A stretch of DNA of 50,798 nt. It comes from Deltaproteobacteria bacterium. Its GTDB lineage: Bacteria > Myxococcota > Myxococcia > Myxococcales > 40CM-4-68-19. Location: positions 1 through 50,798 of the forward strand of contig VBKO01000045.1 in assembly GCA_005888115.1 (NCBI GenBank), given 5' to 3'. Under the pieces are notes generated by a model that was not told the origin of the DNA, did no database searches, and was given only the letters and a program-made list of their open reading frames with translations. A program made the translations under genes and the position numbers. This document shows positions 21,681-29,929 of the stretch, piece after piece; within the stretch, counting starts at the first letter, position 1; each line of letters opens with the position of its first letter.

Positions 21681-23249
21681 TCAAGCCGGCCTCGGCTGGA
21701 CGGGCAGCACGATCGAGAATGTCGATCCTCTTCCGAGCTCGCTCTCCACCGCGGTGTCTCCACCGTGGGCGACGACGATCCGGCGCACGTTGGGAAGGCC
21801 CATGCCCACGTGAGCGCCGGTGCGCTTGGTGGACTTGAAGGCGTCGAAGATGCGCGGCAGTCGCTCCTGCGCGATCCCCGGGCCGCGGTCGGTCACCTTG
21901 AGCGTCGCCACGGTGTCCCGCTGCGACACCTCGATCGAGACCTGCACGCCGGGGGGCGAGGCCTCGATGGCGTTGGAGAGCAGGTTCAGCGCGGCGCGCT
22001 CGAGCAGGTAGCGGTCTCCGTTGACCCAAGGCGCCTCGGCAGCGGGCATGACGGTGATGTGCACGCCAGCCTTCTCTGCGTGCGGGACGGCGGTGCGCCC
22101 GATGCTGTGGGCGAACGCATTCAGGTCGAGCGGGAGGAACTGGTCCGGCGATACCTCGCGCGAGAGGTCGGCGAAGTCGGCCACGAACTTCTTCAAGGTG
22201 GCGGTCTCCGCGCGCAGGTTGTCGCGGATGAGCGGGAGGTACGCGGGGTCGTTCGCCTCGGCGAGCGCGGCCGTGGACTGCAGGATGGCGAGCCGGTGCC
22301 CCAGATCGTGCGAGATGCCGGTCGCGATGCGCCCTGCGGTGCGCCACCGTTCCTCGGTCTCCAACGTATCGAGGACGCGCCGGGACTGCGCGGCGCCGAG
22401 GGCCAGCGTGACGAACAGCGCGGCCACCGCAACCGCGGAGAGACCGATCAGCGCGTTGCGCATCGGCGCCAATGCTTCGCGCTTGGGCTCCTCGACCACC
22501 ACCGTCCAGCGCGGGTCCGACAGCCGCGCCCACCCGGCCAGGACGTCTTCGCCGATGGCCCCGTGCAGCTGGGGGGGCGCGGGCTCTCCACGCGCTACCC
22601 TGCTCGCCAGCGGCGACTCGGCGATTGGCTCGCCGGTCAGCACGTTGGCGCGGAGCGCGGGGGCGCCCGCGGCGAGGAGGCGGCCCTCGGCGTCGAAGGC
22701 GAGCGCGAACCCGCTCTCGCCGATGCGGATGCGCTGCACCTGGCGCTGCAGCTCGAGCAGGTCGAGCGTGGCGCACACGGCGGTTCCCGCCGTCGCTCCG
22801 GCGGGGACGCAGACGTCCATCGCCGGGGTCAGGTCCTCGCGGAAGTACAGGGCCGAGGCGACCTCGCGGCCGGCCAGCGCCGCGACGACGTCCGCGGGCG
22901 CCAGGCGCTGAGGGAGCCGGTCCGCCGGGGTGCGCGGAGTGAGCAGCGTCACGTGCCCCAGGCTGGGGGCGTCGAGCGCTACCTGCGCGAGCCGCCGCTC
23001 AGCCTCCGTGATGCCCGTGACCAGCCCGGCGAGGGCGCGCAGCATCTCGCGCTGGTGCGAGAGATAAGCGCCGATGCGCGAGGCCGCCTGCTCCGCGATG
23101 ACCGCGAGCGCCGCCTGGGAGCTCCGCTCGGCGCTGCGCCGCAGGAGGAAGATGGCGGAGAGACCGACCAGAGCGATGAGAATCCCCGAGCTCGCGACCA
23201 GCACGAGGAGCTTCCGCGCCATCTCCTGTCGGCTCGATCGGTCGTTCAC
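21681..23249 (-). CDS. Membrane sensor histidine kinase with large extracytoplasmic (Cache-like) domain
   Basis: Two TM helices, H-box ISHDLGH, NLLSNA, DRGPGI, GMGL. The GTG start overlaps the upstream TGA (GTGA). Confidence 0.9.
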   Translation of the reverse strand: MNDRSSRQEMARKLLVLVASSGILIALVGLSAIFLLRRSAERSSQAALAVIAEQAASRIGAYLSHQREMLRALAGLVTGITEAERRLAQVALDAPSLGHVTLLTPRTPADRLPQRLAPADVVAALAGREVASALYFREDLTPAMDVCVPAGATAGTAVCATLDLLELQRQVQRIRIGESGFALAFDAEGRLLAAGAPALRANVLTGEPIAESPLASRVARGEPAPPQLHGAIGEDVLAGWARLSDPRWTVVVEEPKREALAPMRNALIGLSAVAVAALFVTLALGAAQSRRVLDTLETEERWRTAGRIATGISHDLGHRLAILQSTAALAEANDPAYLPLIRDNLRAETATLKKFVADFADLSREVSPDQFLPLDLNAFAHSIGRTAVPHAEKAGVHITVMPAAEAPWVNGDRYLLERAALNLLSNAIEASPPGVQVSIEVSQRDTVATLKVTDRGPGIAQERLPRIFDAFKSTKRTGAHVGMGLPNVRRIVVAHGGDTAVESELGRGSTFSIVLPVQPRPA

Positions 23250-24420
23250 TCCGAGATCTCCCAATCCGGCAAAGTCTCCAGATAGCCGTACGGGCCGACC
23301 TGGGGATTCTTGACGCGGCTGTCCACGACGGCCAGGCGCTCGGGGGTGCAGATGAAGGCGACCGGCGGGTCTTCGCGCAACTCTTGCAGGGCGCGTGCCC
23401 AGTCACCGCCTCTCAGCGCGGCGTCGACCTTGGGATTGCTGTAGCCGATTTGATTATAGGGCGAATCGGACGCCCAGACGAGCGCCGCCGAGCTGGCCGG
23501 CCAGACGAGGGGCCGGAGTAACAACAGATCGAAATCCTGACTCTTGGCAAGTCGGAAAGCATCAGCGACAGAAACCAAACGGACGTCGCCCCCGTGCCGT
23601 CCCAGGGCTCGCGCGACGGCCAAGGCGGTGCGCTCCAAGGCGAGATCCTGCCGGAAGACGGTGATCTCCAATGCTCTGGCGGGCAGGACGGGGTTTTTAT
23701 CGCGGCCGACGGAAAAGGCAGGACATTCATTTCCGAAGACGAGCCTGCTGATGCTATCCACCGGAAGCGCCGCGGCGATCGCACTGCGGGTTGCGCGGCT
23801 GAGCCGGTTGAGGCCCATGGCGACGGCGATCGCGTTCGCGCCGTGCGCACGAATGATGCGCAACCGGCTGATGCCTTGGAAGAACTCCAGCTGCTTCGGA
23901 TCGGTCACGATCAAGAGGTCTGCGTCTCCCGCCAGCGTGCGCGCGAATGGATCCCGGGGCGTGGGAAACCCGAGCAAGAGGACCTCATCGATTTTTCCAA
24001 GACCCGGGACCACGCGGCGGAGCAAGAGCCGTTCGGGGTCGAACGAGACTCGATCAAGAGGCCGCGTGTCTGCTCGCGGACCTCGAGCCCGGCCTCTCGG
24101 AGGGACTGCCGGACGTTTTCTGGCGTGATGGCAGATCCGTCGCTGAACTTCGCCCCATTGCGAATCTCCAACAGCACGCGCGACGGGCTCGAAAATTGGA
24201 ACCGGCTGGCGAGTCCGGAGATCGCCGAGCCGTCAGATGCAGTGCGCAGTAGCGGCTCGAATACCCATTCCTTCGCATACCCGCTGGCGCTGGGTTGGGC
24301 GCCCGGCGTGAGCGCCGTGAGCGGACCGACCAGCGCGATGCGCAGCCGGAATTCTCCCTTCGTCTGCGAGGGCCTGCAGGCGAGAGCTGCGGTGAGGAAC
24401 GCGAGCAGGAGGCGGCGCAC
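23246..24420 (-). CDS. ABC-type (family 5, OppA/DppA-like) substrate-binding lipoprotein, frameshifted near 24040-24050
   Basis: Lipobox ALAC, VFEPLLR, GLASRF, KFSDGSAITPENV (ORF 23911..24420). C-terminal half with AGDADL and GYSNPKVDAAL is in ORF 23246..24025. Confidence 0.75.
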
Positions 24421-24444
24421 GAGGCCCCCAAGCCTCGTGGCGCC
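24414..24444 (-). promoter_or_regulatory. Stem-loop downstream of the precursor gene, overlapping the SBP start codon
   Basis: Minus strand GGCG(C)CACGAGGC-TTGGGG-GCCTCGTG-CGCC; no U-tract. Confidence 0.55.
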
Positions 24445-24455
24445 ATCGCATTACG

Positions 24456-24536
24456 TCAAGAAATGTTGGGCACGAGAATCATGATGCAGGGCGCTGCCTT
24501 GCGGGTGCTCTTCCGGGCGCTGCGCTTGATCTTCAT
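24456..24536 (-). CDS. Putative RiPP precursor peptide MKIKRSARKSTRKAAPCIMILVPNIS (26 aa)
   Basis: Read manually (below the ORF-track cutoff). GGAG SD 6 nt before the ATG, 20 nt after the rSAM stop. Basic leader and a Cys-containing hydrophobic core. Confidence 0.78.
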   Translation of the reverse strand: MKIKRSARKSTRKAAPCIMILVPNIS

Positions 24537-24556
24537 GGTTCGCTCCATTTGCGGCC

Positions 24557-25839
24557 CTATGCCGCGGCGGTTGCGGGGGACGACACTTCGGTGACGGGGA
24601 ATTCCGCGAGGTAACGGCGCACGATCGTCTCGCGGAAGCTCAGCTCGTACTTCTCCTTCTTGCAGGCGACTTCATCCATGCGGCCGGTCTTGAGGTACTT
24701 GCCGCCCAGGCATCCGCCGACACAGACAGGGAGGTATGGGCAGTCTCCGCACTTCTCCCAGGGCCGCAGGGCCACGAGCGGCGCGACCTTCTCCGGGCCC
24801 GTTCCCGCGACGTGCGCCACTTCCAACCCGGGGATGCCCGCCACTACCGGGCACTTGTAGACGCGGCCCTCGGGGTCGATGGTGTAGTTGTTCTTCCAGT
24901 GCAGCTCGCATTGTTGAGCTGCACCAGGACCTGCGACTCCTGTTTGTCGCCGCAGCCCGTGCAGCTCGCCTTCGCCTTCTGCGTGTCGACGATGGGCTTG
25001 AAGTTCACGCCCGCGAGCTTTCCGCGCAGGCCCGCCGCCTCGATCCGGTCGAGCAGCCGTTCGAAGCTCTCCCTTTGCTCGGGCAGGAAGTTCCCGTTGA
25101 CGAGGATCCGGACGAGGTCGGCGCAGGCGACCACGTTGTCGAAGATCTGGTCGAAGCTCCCGCGGCCGTTCCGGTAGACGCGCATCTGGTCGTGCGTCTC
25201 GCGATCGCCGTCGAGCGTCACCATGAACAGGCCGTCGCCGAAGCGGCGCATCTCGAGGGCGAAGTCGGGGGTGAGCCCGATCCCATTGGTGGTGCACGAC
25301 CAGCGGAACCGGCCGCCGCGCGCCTCCATCGAGGCGCTCAGCACCTCCGCGGTGCGAAGCATGAAGTCCTTGCGGGTGAGCGGCTCGCCTCCGAAGTAGT
25401 GTACGTGCAGGACGCGCAGCGCGCGCTCGTCCAGCGTGCGCAGGATCCACTCGAGGGTGGAGTCCTCCGTGCGCTCGTGCATCTTGGTGAAGGCCGGGTG
25501 GTCCTTCTGGAAGCAGTAGGTGCAAGCGAGGTTGCAGGCGAGCGTGGGCATCAGGGTGACCTGCATGGTCCCCGGTTCGCCCTCGGCGGCCCGGTCGAGG
25601 AATGCGCGCAGATTCGCGTCATCCTCCGCGCGCGAGCGCACCAGGAAGCCTTCCTCGAGCAGCACCTGCTGCGTCTCGCGCTCGGCGGCGTCCGCCGGGC
25701 GGCGCCCGCGCGTCCAGCGCTCCAGCGCGTCGGACGTGGCGTCGTCGATGCCGACGTAATGATCGGCGAGGACGCTGTAGAGCACGTGCTCGCCGGGTCG
25801 GATGTCGCGGTAAGAGACGACGAACCGTGACAGCTGCAT
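24557..25839 (-). CDS. Radical SAM/SPASM peptide maturase, frameshifted near 24910-24915
   Basis: RRE-like N-terminus ending LEEGFLV, CNLACTYC, YFGGEP, TTNG, TLDG. The SPASM part (CELHW..YKC..CGDCPYLPVCVGGC..C) is in a second frame. Confidence 0.85.
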
Positions 25840-25854
25840 GGACGACGCAGCTAC

Positions 25855-25869
25855 GCAACGCGAGTGCCA
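25855..25869 (-). promoter_or_regulatory. Sigma-54 (-24/-12) promoter of the rSAM operon
   Basis: Minus strand TGGCAC-TCGCG-TTGC matches TGGCAC-N5-TTGC exactly. Confidence 0.8.
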
Positions 25870-25945
25870 GGGTGCGCCCGCCGTGCGGCGTGCGAGCGCG
25901 GATCGGCGCAAATCGGGAGCCTGCGCAGGAATTCCAATTCGAATA

Positions 25946-25979
25946 GCCAGGAATCGAGCCCCAGGCCAGGATTCGAGCC
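25946..25979. repeat. Tandem 15-bp direct repeat, candidate enhancer (UAS)
   Basis: GCCAGGAATCGAGCC (25946-25960) and GCCAGGATTCGAGCC (25965-25979); one mismatch, 19-bp period. Confidence 0.65.
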
Positions 25980-26126
25980 GCGCAGGGATGGTCGATCGGG
26001 CCCGGAGTCTGGCCGATGGCCGCTTCCATGCCCGCTTCCGCGCACGATAAAAATGTTTTAAAACCAATTACTTATCATTGGTGGCCGAGATCCGGGCCAG
26101 TGGGGCCAATCGGCTGGCCTGGGCGA

Positions 26127-26142
26127 TGGCGCGCGACTTGCT
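26127..26142 (+). promoter_or_regulatory. Divergent sigma-54 promoter
   Basis: TGGCGC-GCGAC-TTGCT just upstream of the gene at 26155. Confidence 0.65.
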
Positions 26143-26154
26143 CAAGGGAGCCGC

Positions 26155-26385
26155 GTGACCGATCAAAAGCTCATCGGCGTGTGCCACCTCCGATCCGAAG
26201 GCCGCAGGATCCCCGTCCTGCTCTTCCGCAACGGCCCCACCTCGGTCGCGGCGCGTTGCCTCATCCATCCCGGTGACACGCCCATCCTCGACGGGCCCTC
26301 GCCGGAAGCGGTGCTCGCGCTCCTGGCTGGCGTGATCGACGATCTGCTGCTCGCACGCGGGGCGATCACCGTTCCGCCGATTTAG
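26155..26385 (+). CDS. Hypothetical protein (76 aa)
   Basis: Globular-looking ORF with coding-like codon use (RRIPVLLFRN..AARCLI..DTPILDGP). Confidence 0.7.
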   Translation: MTDQKLIGVCHLRSEGRRIPVLLFRNGPTSVAARCLIHPGDTPILDGPSPEAVLALLAGVIDDLLLARGAITVPPI

Positions 26386-26398
26386 TCCGCGCCGCGCA

Positions 26399-27079
26399 TC
26401 AAGCGCGTCGCCGGGGCCGGAGCCGCCGCGCCGCAGCCACTCCGATGATCGCGGCGGCGGCAAAGCTGCATCCGACCAAGGCCCAGACGAGTGCTCCGGG
26501 GACTTCGTGCCGCTCGAGCGCCGCCGCGCTGGGCACCAGCGATCCCGCCCACACGTACAGCGCAATTCCCGGAGCCATGCCGAACAGCGTTCCCAGGACC
26601 AACGCGCGCGGCTTCAGCCCGGTGAGACCCAGCACGGCGTTGCTGGGAGTGAAGGGAAGCAGGGGAGAGATGCGGATCAGGGCCACCGTGGCCATTCCGC
26701 CGTCCTCGGCGAGCTGCGCGAGCGCGCGGGCTCGGGGCCGGCCGAGCAGCCAGCGCGCGAACGCGCCGCGGCCCAGCGCTCGCGCGATCCCGAACGAGGT
26801 GGCCGCGCTCGCCACGGCGGCAGCGAGCGAGATGGGGATTCCCCACAGACCGAAGAGCCAGCCCGATGCGAGGATCAGCGGAATGATTGGTACGAGCAGC
26901 AGCGTGGCGAGGTAGATGCCCGCCCCCCACAGAAGCGCGCCGGCGAGACCCGCGCCCTGCAGCCTCGCGGCAGCCACCGCGATCCAGTGCAGCAGCGGCA
27001 GCTCGGCTCCGATGATCCACAGCGCGAACAGCACCGCGACCACGGCGGCGAGCCGCAGCGCGGTACGCGAGGGAGGCAT
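26399..27079 (-). CDS. DedA/VTT (TVP38/TMEM64) family membrane protein
   Basis: SGWLFG, FGIARALGR, LIRISPLLPF, GTLFGMAPG. Confidence 0.88.
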   Translation of the reverse strand: MPPSRTALRLAAVVAVLFALWIIGAELPLLHWIAVAAARLQGAGLAGALLWGAGIYLATLLLVPIIPLILASGWLFGLWGIPISLAAAVASAATSFGIARALGRGAFARWLLGRPRARALAQLAEDGGMATVALIRISPLLPFTPSNAVLGLTGLKPRALVLGTLFGMAPGIALYVWAGSLVPSAAALERHEVPGALVWALVGCSFAAAAIIGVAAARRLRPRRRA

Positions 27080-27084
27080 CTATC

Positions 27085-27616
27085 TCATGTCCCCTTCGGT
27101 CGGCGCCGCCCCAGCGTCTTGCGCGGTCCCGCAGGCGCGGGCTCGGACGAGGAGGGTGAGGCTGGAGTCGAGGTCGACGTCGACGAGGACGACGAGGTCG
27201 GGGTGGAGGGAGAGGGAGAGGTGGGGGTCGAGGTCGAGGGGGAGGCCGCGCTCGGGGGGAGCGCCGTGCTCGCCGCCACTCCTTTGAAGAGTGGATCGTC
27301 GGCCAGCTGTCGGTGCGCTTCGGCTCGCGCGTCGGCGCGGAGCGCCTGGTACTCCCGGCGCTCCGCCTCGTCCATCTGGTCCAGCGCGAAGTTGAGCTTC
27401 GCGCGGGCCTTCACCACGCGCGTCCGGGCGTCATCGGTGAGCCGACGGCCCTCCTCGAGCAGATCGGCGGCGGCAACCGGTTTGAGCCCGGGATCTCGCG
27501 CGCGCTGCAGCTTGTCCTCGCCCTCGCGCTGCTGGGCTTCCGCGGCCGCGCTGCGCGCGCGCCTGCGCCTCGAGGTGCTGCATCTTCAGGATCAGCTCGT
27601 CCACCTCGTCCGGCAT
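27085..27616 (-). CDS. Hypothetical coiled-coil protein with S/T/P tail, frameshifted in a (GC)n tract near 27553-27562
   Basis: MPDEVDELILKMQHLEAQAR joins, after a frame change, SAAAEAQQREGEDKLQRARD...VVKARAKLNF (ORF 27085..27417). Confidence 0.6.
27140..27245 (-). repeat. Low-complexity hexamer repeat (TCGACC-like) encoding an S/T/P linker
   Basis: Encodes PSTSTPTSPSPSTPTSSSSSTSTSTP; a similar STSTSTATST tract lies at about 30855-30885. Confidence 0.6.
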
Positions 27617-27682
27617 GGGCAGAGCCTAGCACGCGCCCGCGGCGCGCAAGCCGGGCCTGACATGGTGAGGTACGCTGGAGAG

Positions 27683-28720
27683 ATGGGTGCGCTCCTCCTC
27701 TCGGCCGAGCTGTGGATCGCGGGCGGACGGCTGCTCGATGCGCAGGGGACGCGTTCGGCGGCGCTGGCCGTCGAGGCAGGCCGTATCGCCGGCGAGGCGC
27801 GCAGGCCGCCAACCGGCGCCAGGACCGTCGACGCGAGCGGGCTGCTCCTGCTCCCGGCGTTCGTCGACGCGCACGTGCACCTCTCGGTCGCGGGGAACGT
27901 GGCCGAGGTCGCGGCGGCCGAGCTGCGCGGAGGGGTCGCGGCGGTGCTCGATCTCGGCGAGCCCGAGCGGACGTTGCCGATGGGCGCGCCTCCGTTGCGG
28001 GTGCGCTTCGCGGGTCCGCTGCTCACCGCGCCGCGCGGGTACCCGACGCAGAGCTGGGGCGCGAACGGGTACGGGCTGGAGCTGGCCACGCCCGAAGAGG
28101 CTCGAGCGGCCGTGCAGCGGCTCGGCAAATCTGGCGCGCGGTTCGTGAAGCTGGCCTTCGACCGGCGCTTCCCGCTGCTGGATCCCGAGGTGGCGCGCTC
28201 GGCAGCCCAGGAGGCGCATCGTCTCGGACTCCGCGTCGCTGCTCACGCGCTCGACGTCGACGCCGTGCGCCGCGCACTGGCCGCGGGCGCGGACGTGCTC
28301 GCGCACACGCCGGTCGAGCCACTGCCGGACGACGTCGTCCGGGAAATCGCCAGCCGGAAGCTATGGGTCATCTCCACCCTGCATGCCTTCGGGGGCACCA
28401 CTGGCGCGCTCGACAACCTGCGCCGTCTGCGCGCCGCCGGCGTGCGCGTCGCTTACGGCACCGATCTCGGCAACCAGGGCACCGCACCGGGGATCGATGC
28501 GAAGGAGCTGGCTCTGCTCGGGCGAGCGGGGCTCTCGTTGCGCGAGGCGATCGACGCGGCGACCGCCGCCGCCGCGGAGCTGCTCGGCGAGCGCGATCTC
28601 GGGCACCTGCGGCGCGGGGCCGCCGCGTCGGTCATCGGCGTGCCCGAGGCGGCCCTGCAGGACGCGCGGCTGCTGGCCCGTCCGGCCCTGGTGCTGATCG
28701 AGGGTGCTCCGCCGCCTTAA
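27683..28720 (+). CDS. Amidohydrolase family protein
   Basis: LLPAFVDAHVH, FVKL, AAHA, LAH, YGTDLG; C-terminal part of ORF 26507..28720. Confidence 0.88.
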   Translation: MGALLLSAELWIAGGRLLDAQGTRSAALAVEAGRIAGEARRPPTGARTVDASGLLLLPAFVDAHVHLSVAGNVAEVAAAELRGGVAAVLDLGEPERTLPMGAPPLRVRFAGPLLTAPRGYPTQSWGANGYGLELATPEEARAAVQRLGKSGARFVKLAFDRRFPLLDPEVARSAAQEAHRLGLRVAAHALDVDAVRRALAAGADVLAHTPVEPLPDDVVREIASRKLWVISTLHAFGGTTGALDNLRRLRAAGVRVAYGTDLGNQGTAPGIDAKELALLGRAGLSLREAIDAATAAAAELLGERDLGHLRRGAAASVIGVPEAALQDARLLARPALVLIEGAPPP

Positions 28721-29889
28721 CCCACCGGCGTTTGCGCAGGAAAAAGTCGCAGCAAGGTAATCTCCGCGGGCGCGAAGACGCGCATCGGTGGACCCCAGAA
28801 CCCGGTTCCGCGGCTCACGTACAGCTGCGCCTCGCCTAGCCGGTGGAGGCCGGCGATGTACGGTTGCACGAGCGCCACGAGCCAGGAGAACGGCCAGATC
28901 TGCCCGCCGTGCGTGTGTCCGCTGAGCGTGAGCGAAACGCCGTGCCGCGCCGCCTCACGGAACTGGCGTGGCTGGTGCGCGAGGAGGACGACGGGCCTGT
29001 TCGCGTCACGCCCGTCGAGCGCGGCTGGCAGGTCGGGAGCGTAGCGCCCACGCCCCGTCGGATCGTGGATGCCGGCCACGTCGAGCCCGGGAGCGGCCTC
29101 GACCCGCTCGTTGGCGAGCGGCCGGATCCCGAGCGTCGGCAGGTAGCGGAGCCAGTCGTCGACGCCGGAGTAGTACTCGTGGTTGCCGGTGCTGAAGTAG
29201 ACGCCGCGGGGCGCCTCGGCCAGTCGGGCGAGAGGCGCGACGTGCTCGCGCAGCTCGTCCACCGTGCCGTCCACCAGGTCGCCGGTGATGGCCACCAGGT
29301 CAGGCTTCAGCGCGCGGACGCGCGTCACCACTCCCTCGACCCACTCTTTCCGCAGGAGCGGACCGATGTGGAGATCCGAGATCTGCACCACGCGCAGTCC
29401 GGCGAGCGCCGGCGGCAGATCGCGAATCCGCACCAGCACGTCCTTGATGCGCAGCCCCGCCAGCGCCGATCCCACGCCGACCGCCGACAACCCGGCGACG
29501 ACGCCGCCCACGCCGACCGCCAGAGCGCGCGCGAGGAGGACGCGACGCTCGGGGTCGGCGGGGGTGTCGGGCGAGGCGAGCTTGCGGGCCACCCAGGCGA
29601 GCGCGCGCCCCGCGTCGGCGAGCCCGAGAAACGCGGAGAGCAGGAACACGACTCCCATCCAGAGGAACGCGATCCAGACCATCGGCCGGGGCGCGCCCCG
29701 GGTGCGGGAGAGGACGAGCGTCGCGGGCAGCACCAGCGCCATGGTGGCGAGCAGCGAGGTGAGGAGCCTCGCCGTGGCGGCCGACAGATGGGGATCGCGC
29801 ACCAGGCGCGCCCACACGTAGTAGTGCATGCCGGTGAGCAGCAGCAGCGCGACGGCGACGAAGGCGAGGAAGGGAAGAAGACGGGCCAC
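28717..29889 (-). CDS. Membrane-anchored metallophosphoesterase (YkuE-like)
   Basis: SDLH, TGDLVD, GNHEYY, LAHQP, SGHTHGGQ. Confidence 0.92.
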   Translation of the reverse strand: MARLLPFLAFVAVALLLLTGMHYYVWARLVRDPHLSAATARLLTSLLATMALVLPATLVLSRTRGAPRPMVWIAFLWMGVVFLLSAFLGLADAGRALAWVARKLASPDTPADPERRVLLARALAVGVGGVVAGLSAVGVGSALAGLRIKDVLVRIRDLPPALAGLRVVQISDLHIGPLLRKEWVEGVVTRVRALKPDLVAITGDLVDGTVDELREHVAPLARLAEAPRGVYFSTGNHEYYSGVDDWLRYLPTLGIRPLANERVEAAPGLDVAGIHDPTGRGRYAPDLPAALDGRDANRPVVLLAHQPRQFREAARHGVSLTLSGHTHGGQIWPFSWLVALVQPYIAGLHRLGEAQLYVSRGTGFWGPPMRVFAPAEITLLRLFPAQTPVG

Positions 29890-29929
29890 TTTTGTCCTCT
29901 CGGAAGGATGCCCCAAGACGGGGTCCGAT

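Noticed and set aside
24456-24548. Longer precursor start (MERT-MKIK...) and plus-strand ORFs 23594..24484 and 24295..24594
   Set aside because: The GGAG inside the extension is optimally spaced as the SD for ATG 24536. The plus-strand ORFs are antisense shadows.
24899-24924. Programmed ribosomal frameshift in the rSAM gene
   Set aside because: No slippery heptamer, the hairpin spans rather than follows the junction, and linker residues appear to be missing. A deletion or assembly error fits better.
27140-27245. Repetitive GTCGAG/GGGGA tract as a possible CRISPR or mobile repeat
   Set aside because: Degenerate hexamers encoding an S/T/P linker; no spacers and no cas genes.
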